DNA of 64,000 nucleotides from Auanema rhodensis (Eukaryota > Animalia > Nematoda). This document shows positions 1-10,900 of this stretch, one piece after another. Numbering within the stretch: position 1 is the stretch's first letter; every line of letters begins with the position of its first letter. The notes beneath the pieces are model-generated. The model was given only the letters and a program-made list of their open reading frames with translations, had not been told where the DNA came from and did no database searches. Location: positions 18,848,001-18,912,000 of the forward strand of contig OZ059894.1 in assembly GCA_964057225.1 (NCBI GenBank), written 5' to 3'. The position numbers were made by a program, and so were the translations under genes.

Positions 1-42
1 CAAAAATTAGTTATGATCGTTTGAAAAATGATGCATTAGTGT

Positions 43-70
43 ATGTTGAGTTTCCATGTACACTCAACAT
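43..70. repeat. Inverted repeat 1 of the monomer: 9-bp perfect stem, 10-nt loop (recurs in each monomer)
   Basis: ATGTTGAGT (43-51) is the reverse complement of ACTCAACAT (62-70). Confidence 0.93.
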
Positions 71-83
71 TGCTTCCAAAAAC

Positions 84-118
84 ATTTTGACAAAAATTTT
101 TTCGAAAAATTTCAAAAT
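84..118. repeat. Inverted repeat 2 of the monomer: imperfect A/T-tract dyad centred on the palindrome TTTTTCGAAAAA
   Basis: Perfect 12-bp palindrome at 98-109, with outer arms ATTTTGA (84-90) and TCAAAAT (112-118). Confidence 0.8.
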
Positions 119-220
119 AATTTAGCAAAAAGTAGATGTTTTTAGATTCCTTTTTTCAAGGCAAAGACGATGGACAATGTTATTCAACGAAAAAAATAAT
201 TCTTCAGGGTGAAAATCGAG

Positions 221-242
221 GATATAAGTGTGAACTTATATC
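221..242. repeat. Inverted repeat 3 of the monomer: 9-bp perfect stem, 4-nt loop
   Basis: GATATAAGT (221-229) is the reverse complement of ACTTATATC (234-242); loop GTGA. Confidence 0.93.
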
Positions 243-259
243 AGTTGATATCTCGGTGC

Positions 260-310
260 ATTTTTAAGCTAGCGCAAATCTGATAACACAGATCGACGCA
301 GCTTAAAAAT
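260..310. repeat. Inverted repeat 4 of the monomer: 51-bp imperfect hairpin with 19 Watson-Crick pairs
   Basis: ATTTTTAAGCT (260-270) pairs with AGCTTAAAAAT (300-310); bulge A271; GCG (272-274) pairs with CGC (297-299); 3x3 internal loop; ATCTG (278-282) pairs with CAGAT (289-293); 6-nt loop ATAACA. Confidence 0.93.
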
Positions 311-351
311 CCGCATCGAATGCACTATACTACATTGAGAAACGCTTAATA

Positions 352-703
352 CAAAAATTAGTTATGATCGTTTGAAAAATGATGCATTAGTGTATGTTGA
401 GTTTCCATGTACACTCAACATTGCTTCCAAAAACATTTTGACAAAAATTTTTTCGAAAAATTTCAAAATAATTTAGCAAAAAGTAGATGTTTTTAGATTC
501 CTTTTTCAAGGCAAAGACGATGGACAATGTTATTCAACGAAAAAAATAATTCTTCAGGGTGAAAATCGAGGATATAAGTGTGAACTTATATATCAGTTGA
601 TATCTCGGTGCATTTTTAAGCTAGCGCAAATCTGATAACACAGATCGACGCAGCTTAAAAATCCGCATCGAATGCACTATACTACATTGAGAAACGCTTA
701 ATA
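352..703 (+). repeat. 352-bp length-variant monomer (M2)
   Basis: One T lost from the T6 run (TTCCTTTTTCAAG) and TA gained (CTTATATATCAG); net +1 bp. Confidence 0.93.
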
Positions 704-2107
704 CAAAAATTAGTTATGATCGTTTGAAAAATGATGCATTAGTGTATGTTGAGTTTCCATGTACACTCAACATTGCTTCCAAAAACATTTTGACAAAAAT
801 TTTTTCGAAAAATTTCAAAATAATTTAGCAAAAAGTAGATGTTTTTAGATTCCTTTTTTCAAGGCAAAGACGATGGACAATGTTATTCAACGAAAAAATT
901 AATTCTTCAGGGTGAAAATCGAGGATATAAGTGTGAACTTATATCAGTTGATATCTCGGTGCATTTTTAAGCTAGCGCAAATCTGATAACACAGATCGAC
1001 GCAGCTTAAAAATCCGCATCGAATGCACTATACTACATTGAGAAACGCTTAATACAAAAATTAGTTATGATCGTTTGAAAAATGATGCATTAGTGTATGT
1101 TGAGTTTCCATGTACACTCAACATTGCTTCCAAAAACATTTTGACAAAAATTTTTTCGAAAAATTTCAAAATAATTTAGCAAAAAGTAGATGTTTTTAGA
1201 TTCCTTTTTTCAAGGCAAAGACGATGGACAATGTTATTCAACGAAAAAAATAATTCTTCAGGGTGAAAATCAAGGATATAAGTGTGAACTTATATCAGTT
1301 GATATCTCGGTGCATTTTTAAGCTAGCACAAATCTGATAACACAGATCGACGCAGCTTAAAAATCCGCATCGAATGCACTATACTACATTGAGAAACGCT
1401 TAATACAAAAATTAGTTATGATCGTTTGAAAAATGATGCATTAGTGTATGTTGAGTTTCCATGTACACTCAACATTGCTTCCAAAAACATTTTGACAAAA
1501 ATTTTTTCGAAAAATTTCAAAATAATTTAGCAAAAAGTAGATGTTTTTAGATTCCTTTTTTCAAGGCAAAGACGATGGACAATGTTATTCAACGAAAAAA
1601 ATAATTCTTCAGGGTGAAAATCGAGGATATAAGTGTGAACTTATATCAGTTGATATCTCGGTGCATTTTTAAGCTAGCGCAAATCTGATAACACAGATCG
1701 ACGCAGCTTAAAAATCCGCATCGAATGCACTATACTACATTGAGAAACGCTTAATACAAAAATTAGTTATGATCGTTTGAAAAATGATGCATTAGTGTAT
1801 GTTGAGTTTCCATGTACACTCAACATTGCTTCCAAAAACATTTTGACAAAAATTTTTTCGAAAAATTTCAAGATAATATAGCAAAAAGTAGATGTTTTTA
1901 GATTCCTTTTTTCAAGGCAAAGACGATGGACAATGTTATTCAACGAAAAAATTAATTCTTCAGGGTGAAAATCGAGGATATAAGTGTGAACTTATATCAG
2001 TTGAGATCTCGGTGCATTTTTAAGCTAGCGCAAATCTGATAACACAGATCGACGCAGCTTGAAAATCCGCATCGAATGCACTATACTACATTGAGAAACG
2101 CTTAATA

Positions 2108-3511
2108 CAAAAATTAGTTATGATCGTTTGAAAAATGATGCATTAGTGTATGTTGAGTTTCCATGTACACTCAACATTGCTTCCAAAAACATTTTGACAA
2201 AAATTTTTTCGAAAAATTTAAAGATAAATTAGCAAAAAATAGATGTTTTTAGATTCCTTCTTTCAAGGCAAAGACGATGGACAATGTTATTCAACAAAAA
2301 AATTAATTCTTCAGGGTGAAAATCGAGGATATAAGTGTGAACTTATATGAGTTGATATCTCGGTGCATTTTTAAGCTAGCGCAAATCTGATAACACAGAT
2401 CGACGCAGCTTAAAAATCCGCATCGAATGCACTATACTACATTGAGAAACGCTTAATACAAAAATTAGTTATGATCGTTTGAAAAATGATCCATTAGTGT
2501 ATGTTGAGTTTCCATGTACACTCAACATTGCTTCCAAAAACATTTTGACAAAAATTTTTTCGAAAAATTTCAAAATAATTTAGCAAAAAGTAGATGTTTT
2601 TAGATTCCATTTTTTAAGGCAAAGACGATGGACAATGTTATTCAACGAAAAAATTAATTCTTCAGGGTGAAAATCGAGGATATAAGTGTGAACTTATATC
2701 AGTTGATATCTCGGTGCATTTTTAAGCTAGCGCAAATCTGATAACACAGATCGACGCAGCTTAAAAATCCGCATCGAATGCACTATACTACATTGAGAAA
2801 CGCTTAATACAAAAATTAGTTATGATCGTTTGAAAAATGATGCATTAGTGTATGTTGAGTTTCCATGTACACTCAACATTGCTTCCAAAAACATTTTGAC
2901 AAAAATTTTTTCGAAAAATTTAAAGATAAATTAGCAAAAAATAGATGTTTTTAGATTCCTTCTTTCAAGGCAAAGACGATGGACAATGTTATTCAACAAA
3001 AAAATTAATTCTTCAGGGTGAAAATCGAGGATATAAGTGTGAACTTATATCAGTTGATATCTCGGTGCATTTTTAAGCTAGCGCAAATCTGATAACACAG
3101 ATCGACGCAGCTTAAAAATCCGCATCGAATGCACTATACTACATTGAGAAACGCTTAATACAAAAATTAGTTATGATCGTTTGAAAAATGATCCATTAGT
3201 GTATGTTGAGTTTCCATGTACACTCAACATTGCTTCCAAAAACATTTTGACAAAAATTTTTTCGAAAAATTTCAAAATAATTTAGCAAAAAGTAGATGTT
3301 TTTAGATTCCATTTTTTAAGGCAAAGACGATGGACAATGTTATTCAACGAAAAAATTAATTCTTCAGGGTGAAAATCGAGGATATAAGTGTGAACTTATA
3401 TCAGTTGATATCTCGGTGCATTTTTAAGCTAGCGCAAATCTGATAACACAGATCGACGCAGCTTAAAAATCCGCATCGAATGCACTATACTACATTGAGA
3501 AACGCTTAATA
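2108..3511 (+). repeat. Dimeric higher-order repeat (M7-M8)x2, 702-bp unit
   Basis: M7 and M9 share C113A, A116G, T121A, G132A, T153C, G189A, A196T. M8 and M10 share G33C, T151A, C157T, A196T. Confidence 0.9.
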
Positions 3512-4564
3512 CAAAAATTAGTTATGATCGTTTGAAAAATGATGCATTAGTGTATGTTGAGTTTCCATGTACACTCAACATTGCTTCCAAAAACATTTTG
3601 ACAAAAATTTTTTCGAAAAATTTCAAAATAATTTAGCAAAAAGTAGATGTTTTTAGATTCCTTTTTTCAAGGCAAAGACGATGGACAATGTTATTCAACG
3701 AAAAAAATAATTCTTCAGGGTGAAAATCGAGGATATAAGTGTGAACTTATATCAGTTGATATCTCGGTGCATTTTTAAGCTAGCACAAATCTGATAACAC
3801 AGATCGACGCAGCTTAAAAATCCGCATCGAATGCACTATACTACATTGAGAAACGCTTAATACAAAAATTAGTTATGATCGTTTGAAAAATGATGCATTA
3901 GTGTATGTTGAGTTTCCATGTACACTCAACATTGCTTCCAAAAACATTTTGACAAAAATTTTTTCGAAAAATTTCAAAATAATTTAGCAAAAAGTAGATG
4001 TTTTTAGATTCCTTTTTTCAAGGCAAAGACGATGGACAATGTTATTCAACGAAAAAAATAATTCTTCAGGGTGAAAATCGAGGATATAAGTGTGAACTTA
4101 TATCAGTTGATATCTCGGTGCATTTTTAAGCTAGCACAAATCTGATAACACAGATCGACGCAGCTTAAAAATCCGCATCGAATGCACTATACTACATTGA
4201 GAAACGCTTAATACAAAAATTAGTTATGATCGTTTGAAAAATGATGCATTAGTGTATGTTGAGTTTCCATGTACACTCAACATTGCTTCCAAAAACATTT
4301 TGACAAAAATTTTTTCGAAAAATTTCAAAATAATTTAGCAAAAAGTAGATGTTTTTAGATTCCTTTTTTCAAGGCAAAGACGATGGACAATGTTATTCAA
4401 CGAAAAAAATAATTCTTCAGGGTGAAAATCGAGGATATAAGTGTGAACTTATATCAGTTGATATCTCGGTGCATTTTTAAGCTAGCGCAAATCTGATAAC
4501 ACAGATCGACGCAGCTTAAAAATCCGCATCGAATGCACTATACTACATTGAGAAACGCTTAATA

Positions 4565-4916
4565 CAAAAATTAGTTATGATCGTTTGAAAAATGATGCAT
4601 TAGTGTATGTTGAGTTTCCATGTACACTCAACATTGCTTCCAAAAACATTTTGACAAAAATTTTTTCGAAAAATTTCAAAATAATTTAGCAAAAAGTAGA
4701 TGTTTTTAGATTCCTTTTTCAAGGCAAAGACGATGGACAATGTTATTCAACGAAAAAAATAATTCTTCAGGGTGAAAATCGAGGATATAAGTGTGAACTT
4801 ATATATCAGTTGATATCTCGGTGCATTTTTAAGCTAGCGCAAATCTGATAACACAGATCGACGCAGCTTAAAAATCCGCATCGAATGCACTATACTACAT
4901 TGAGAAACGCTTAATA
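4565..4916 (+). repeat. 352-bp length-variant monomer (M14), same indels as M2
   Basis: Same T deletion and TA insertion as M2. Confidence 0.93.
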
Positions 4917-7900
4917 CAAAAATTAGTTATGATCGTTTGAAAAATGATGCATTAGTGTATGTTGAGTTTCCATGTACACTCAACATTGCTTCCAAAAACA
5001 TTTTGACAAAAATTTTTTCGAAAAATTTCAAAATAATTTAGCAAAAAGTAGATGTTTTTAGATTCCTTTTTTCAAGGCAAAGACGATGGACAATGTTATT
5101 CAACGAAAAAATTAATTCTTCAGGGTGAAAATCGAGGATATAAGTGTGAACTTATATCAGTTGATATCTCGGTGCATTTTTAAGCTAGCGCAAATCTGAT
5201 AACACAGATCGACGCAGCTTAAAAATCCGCATCGAATGCACTATACTACATTGAGAAACGCTTAATACAAAAATTAGTTATGATCGTTTGAAAAATGATG
5301 CATTAGTGTATGTTGAGTTTCCATGTACACTCAACATTGCTTCCAAAAACATTTTGACAAAAATTTTTTCGAAAAATTTCAAAATAATTTAGCAAAAAGT
5401 AGATGTTTTTAGATTCCTTTTTTCAAGGCAAAGACGATGGACAATGTTATTCAACGAAAAAAATAATTCTTCAGGGTGAAAATCAAGGATATAAGTGTGA
5501 ACTTATATCAGTTGATATCTCGGTGCATTTTTAAGCTAGCACAAATCTGATAACACAGATCGACGCAGCTTAAAAATCCGCATCGAATGCACTATACTAC
5601 ATTGAGAAACGCTTAATACAAAAATTAGTTATGATCGTTTGAAAAATGATGCATTAGTGTATGTTGAGTTTCCATGTACACTCAACATTGCTTCCAAAAA
5701 CATTTTGACAAAAATTTTTTCGAAAAATTTCAAAATAATTTAGCAAAAAGTAGATGTTTTTAGATTCCTTTTTTCAAGGCAAAGACGATGGACAATGTTA
5801 TTCAACGAAAAAAATAATTCTTCAGGGTGAAAATCGAGGATATAAGTGTGAACTTATATCAGTTGATATCTCGGTGCATTTTTAAGCTAGCGCAAATCTG
5901 ATAACACAGATCGACGCAGCTTAAAAATCCGCATCGAATGCACTATACTACATTGAGAAACGCTTAATACAAAAATTAGTTATGATCGTTTGAAAAATGA
6001 TGCATTAGTGTATGTTGAGTTTCCATGTACACTCAACATTGCTTCCAAAAACATTTTGACAAAAATTTTTTCGAAAAATTTCAAAATAATTTAGCAAAAA
6101 GTAGATGTTTTTAGATTCCTTTTTTCAAGGCAAAGACGATGGACAATGTTATTCAACGAAAAAAATAATTCTTCAGGGTGAAAATCGAGGATATAAGTGT
6201 GAACTTATATCAGTTGATATCTCGGTGCATTTTTAAGCTAGCGCAAATCTGATAACACAGATCGACGCAGCTTAAAAATCCGCATCGAATGCACTATACT
6301 ACATTGAGAAACGCTTAATACAAAAATTAGTTATGATCGTTTGAAAAATGATGCATTAGTGTATGTTGAGTTTCCATGTACACTCAACATTGCTTCCAAA
6401 AACATTTTGACAAAAATTTTTTCGAAAAATTTCAAAATAATTTAGCAAAAAGTAGATGTTTTTAGATTCCTTTTTTCAAGGCAAAGACGATGGACAATGT
6501 TATTCAACGAAAAAAATAATTCTTCAGGGTGAAAATCAAGGATATAAGTGTGAACTTATATCAGTTGATATCTCGGTGCATTTTTAAGCTAGCACAAATC
6601 TGATAACACAGATCGACGCAGCTTAAAAATCCGCATCGAATGCACTATACTACATTGAGAAACGCTTAATACAAAAATTAGTTATGATCGTTTGAAAAAT
6701 GATGCATTAGTGTATGTTGAGTTTCCATGTACACTCAACATTGCTTCCAAAAACATTTTGACAAAAATTTTTTCGAAAAATTTCAAAATAATTTAGCAAA
6801 AAGTAGATGTTTTTAGATTCCTTTTTTCAAGGCAAAGACGATGGACAATGTTATTCAACGAAAAAAATAATTCTTCAGGGTGAAAATCGAGGATATAAGT
6901 GTGAACTTATATCAGTTGATATCTCGGTGCATTTTTAAGCTAGCGCAAATCTGATAACACAGATCGACGCAGCTTAAAAATCCGCATCGAATGCACTATA
7001 CTACATTGAGAAACGCTTAATACAAAAATTAGTTATGATCGTTTGAAAAATGATGCATTAGTGTATGTTGAGTTTCCATGTACACTCAACATTGCTTCCA
7101 AAAACATTTTGACAAAAATTTTTTCGAAAAATTTCAAAATAATTTAGCAAAAAGTAGATGTTTTTAGATTCCTTTTTTCAAGGCAAAGACGATGGACAAT
7201 GTTATTCAACGAAAAAAATAATTCTTCAGGGTGAAAATCGAGGATATAAGTGTGAACTTATATCAGTTGATATCTCGGTGCATTTTTAAGCTAGCGCAAA
7301 TCTGATAACACAGATCGACGCAGCTTAAAAATCCGCATCGAATGCACTATACTACATTGAGAAACGCTTAATACAAAAATTAGTTATGATCGTTTGAAAA
7401 ATGATGCATTAGTGTATGTTGAGTTTCCATGTACACTCAACATTGCTTCCAAAAACATTTTGACAAAAATTTTTTCGAAAAATTTCAAAATAATTTAGCA
7501 AAAAGTAGATGTTTTTAGATTCCTTTTTTCAAGGCAAAGACGATGGACAATGTTATTCAACGAAAAAATTAATTCTTCAGGGTGAAAATCGAGGATATAA
7601 GTGTGAACTTATATCAGTTGATATCTCGGTGCATTTTTAAGCTAGCGCAAATCTGATAACACAGATCGACGCAGCTTAAAAATCCGCATCGAATGCACTA
7701 TACTACATTGAGAAACGCTTAATACAAAAATTAGTTATGATCGTTTGAAAAATGATGCATTAGTGTATGTTGAGTTTCCATGTACACTCAACATTGCTTC
7801 CAAAAACATTTTGACAAAAATTTTTTCGAAAAATTTCAAAATAATTTAGCAAAAAGTAGATGTTTTTAGATTCCTTTTTTCAAGGCAAAGACGATGGACA

Positions 7901-10900
7901 ATGTTATTCAACGAAAAAAATAATTCTTCAGGGTGAAAATCAAGGATATAAGTGTGAACTTATATCAGTTGATATCTCGGTGCATTTTTAAGCTAGCACA
8001 AATCTGATAACACAGATCGACGCAGCTTAAAAATCCGCATCGAATGCACTATACTACATTGAGAAACGCTTAATACAAAAATTAGTTATGATCGTTTGAA
8101 AAATGATGCATTAGTGTATGTTGAGTTTCCATGTACACTCAACATTGCTTCCAAAAACATTTTGACAAAAATTTTTTCGAAAAATTTCAAAATAATTTAG
8201 CAAAAAGTAGATGTTTTTAGATTCCTTTTTTCAAGGCAAAGACGATGGACAATGTTATTCAACGAAAAAATTAATTCTTCAGGGTGAACATCGAGGATAT
8301 AAGTGTGAACTTATATCAGTTGATATCTCGGTGCATTTTTAAGCTAGCGCAAATCTGATAACACAGATCGACGCAGCTTAAAAATCCGTATCGAATGCAC
8401 TATACTACATTGAGAAACGCTTAATACAAAAATTAGTTATGATCGTTTGAAAAATGATGCATTAGTGTATGTTGAGTTTCCATGTACACTCAACATTGCT
8501 TCCAAAAACATTTTGACAAAAATTTTTTCGAAAAATTTCAAAATAATTTAGCAAAAAGTAGATGTTTTTAGATTCCTTTTTTCAAGGCAAAGACGATGGA
8601 CAATGTTATTCAACGAAAAAAATAATTCTTCAGGGTGAAAATCGAGGATATAAGTGTGAACTTATATCAGTTGATATCTCGGTGCATTTTTAAGCTAGCG
8701 CAAATCTGATAACACAGATCGACGCAGCTTAAAAATCCGCATCGAATGCACTATACTACATTGAGAAACGCTTAATACAAAAATTAGTTATGATCGTTTG
8801 AAAAATGATGCATTAGTGTATGTTGAGTTTCCATGTACACTCAACATTGCTTCCAAAAACATTTTGACAAAAATTTTTTCGAAAAATTTCAAAATAATTT
8901 AGCAAAAAGTAGATGTTTTTAGATTCCTTTTTTCAAGGCAAAGACGATGGACAATGTTATTCAACGAAAAAAATAATTCTTCAGGGTGAAAATCGAGGAT
9001 ATAAGTGTGAACTTATATCAGTTGATATCTCGGTGCATTTTTAAGCTAGCGCAAATCTGATAACACAGATCGACGCAGCTTAAAAATCCGCATCGAATGC
9101 ACTATACTACATTGAGAAACGCTTAATACAAAAATTAGTTATGATCGTTTGAAAAATGATGCATTAGTGTATGTTGAGTTTCCATGTACACTCAACATTG
9201 CTTCCAAAAACATTTTGACAAAAATTTTTTCGAAAAATTTCAAAATAATTTAGCAAAAAGTAGATGTTTTTAGATTCCTTTTTTCAAGGCAAAGACGATG
9301 GACAATGTTATTCAACGAAAAAAATAATTCTTCAGGGTGAAAATCGAGGATATAAGTGTGAACTTATATCAGTTGATATCTCGGTGCATTTTTAAGCTAG
9401 CGCAAATCTGATAACACAGATCGACGCAGCTTAAAAATCCGCATCGAATGCACTATACTACATTGAGAAACGCTTAATACAAAAATTAGTTATGATCGTT
9501 TGAAAAATGATGCATTAGTGTATGTTGAGTTTCCATGTACACTCAACATTGCTTCCAAAAACATTTTGACAAAAATTTTTTCGAAAAATTTCAAAATAAT
9601 TTAGCAAAAAGTAGATGTTTTTAGATTCCTTTTTTCAAGGCAAAGACGATGGACAATGTTATTCAACGAAAAAAATAATTCTTCAGGGTGAAAATCGAGG
9701 ATATAAGTGTGAACTTATATCAGTTGATATCTCGGTGCATTTTTAAGCTAGCGCAAATCTGATAACACAGATCGACGCAGCTTAAAAATCCGCATCGAAT
9801 GCACTATACTACATTGAGAAACGCTTAATACAAAAATTAGTTATGATCGTTTGAAAAATGATGCATTAGTGTATGTTGAGTTTCCATGTACACTCAACAT
9901 TGCTTCCAAAAACATTTTGACAAAAATTTTTTCGAAAAATTTCAAAATAATTTAGCAAAAAGTAGATGTTTTTAGATTCCTTTTTTCAAGGCAAAGACGA
10001 TGGACAATGTTATTCAACGAAAAAAATAATTCTTCAGGGTGAAAATCGAGGATATAAGTGTGAACTTATATCAGTTGATATCTCGGTGCATTTTTAAGCT
10101 AGCGCAAATCTGATAACACAGATCGACGCAGCTTAAAAATCCGCATCGAATGCACTATACTACATTGAGAAACGCTTAATACAAAAATTAGTTATGATCG
10201 TTTGAAAAATGATGCATTAGTGTATGTTGAGTTTCCATGTACACTCAACATTGCTTCCAAAAACATTTTGACAAAAATTTTTTCGAAAAATTTCAAAATA
10301 ATTTAGCAAAAAGTAGATGTTTTTAGATTCCTTTTTTCAAGGCAAAGACGATGGACAATGTTATTCAACGAAAAAAATAATTCTTCAGGGTGAAAATCGA
10401 GGATATAAGTGTGAACTTATATCAGTTGATATCTCGGTGCATTTTTAAGCTAGCGCAAATCTGATAACACAGATCGACGCAGCTTAAAAATCCGCATCGA
10501 ATGCACTATACTACATTGAGAAACGCTTAATACAAAAATTAGTTATGATCGTTTGAAAAATGATGCATTAGTGTATGTTGAGTTTCCATGTACACTCAAC
10601 ATTGCTTCCAAAAACATTTTGACAAAAATTTTTTCGAAAAATTTCAAAATAATTTAGCAAAAAGTAGATGTTTTTAGATTCCTTTTTTCAAGGCAAAGAC
10701 GATGGACAATGTTATTCAACGAAAAAAATAATTCTTCAGGGTGAAAATCGAGGATATAAGTGTGAACTTATATCAGTTGATATCTCGGTGCATTTTTAAG
10801 CTAGCGCAAATCTGATAACACAGATCGACGCAGCTTAAAAATCCGCATCGAATGCACTATACTACATTGAGAAACGCTTAATACAAAAATTAGTTATGAT

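Larger units (their letters stand above)
1..351 (+). repeat. Consensus-type monomer (M1), 351 bp, ~31% GC; monomer boundary is arbitrary
   Basis: Hand count gives C=53 and G=57 of 351. Contains NsiI (31-36), BsrGI (57-62), BstBI (101-106), EcoRV (247-252) and NheI (268-273) sites. The same sequence is the majority monomer across the window. Confidence 0.97.

Noticed and set aside
175-191. CENP-B-box-like motif on the minus strand (TTCGTTGAATAACATTG), also TTCGAAAAATTTC at 101-113
   Set aside because: Matches only the TTCG....A half of the NTTCGNNNNANNCGGGN consensus; the essential CGGG is missing.
221-310. Rho-independent terminators or bacterial promoters
   Set aside because: The stems are AT-rich, there is no gene context, and nothing suggests a prokaryotic locus.
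1-351. Tandem 5S rRNA, tRNA, snRNA or spliced-leader gene unit
   Set aside because: No recognisable 5S sequence, cloverleaf, pol III A/B boxes or known spliced-leader sequence on either strand by eye. An Rfam search would be needed to exclude this fully.
1-351. Assignment to Drosophila 1.688 (359-bp) or a named beetle ~350-bp satellite
   Set aside because: Only length, AT content and short A/T-rich words are similar. I cannot support extended homology without a database search.
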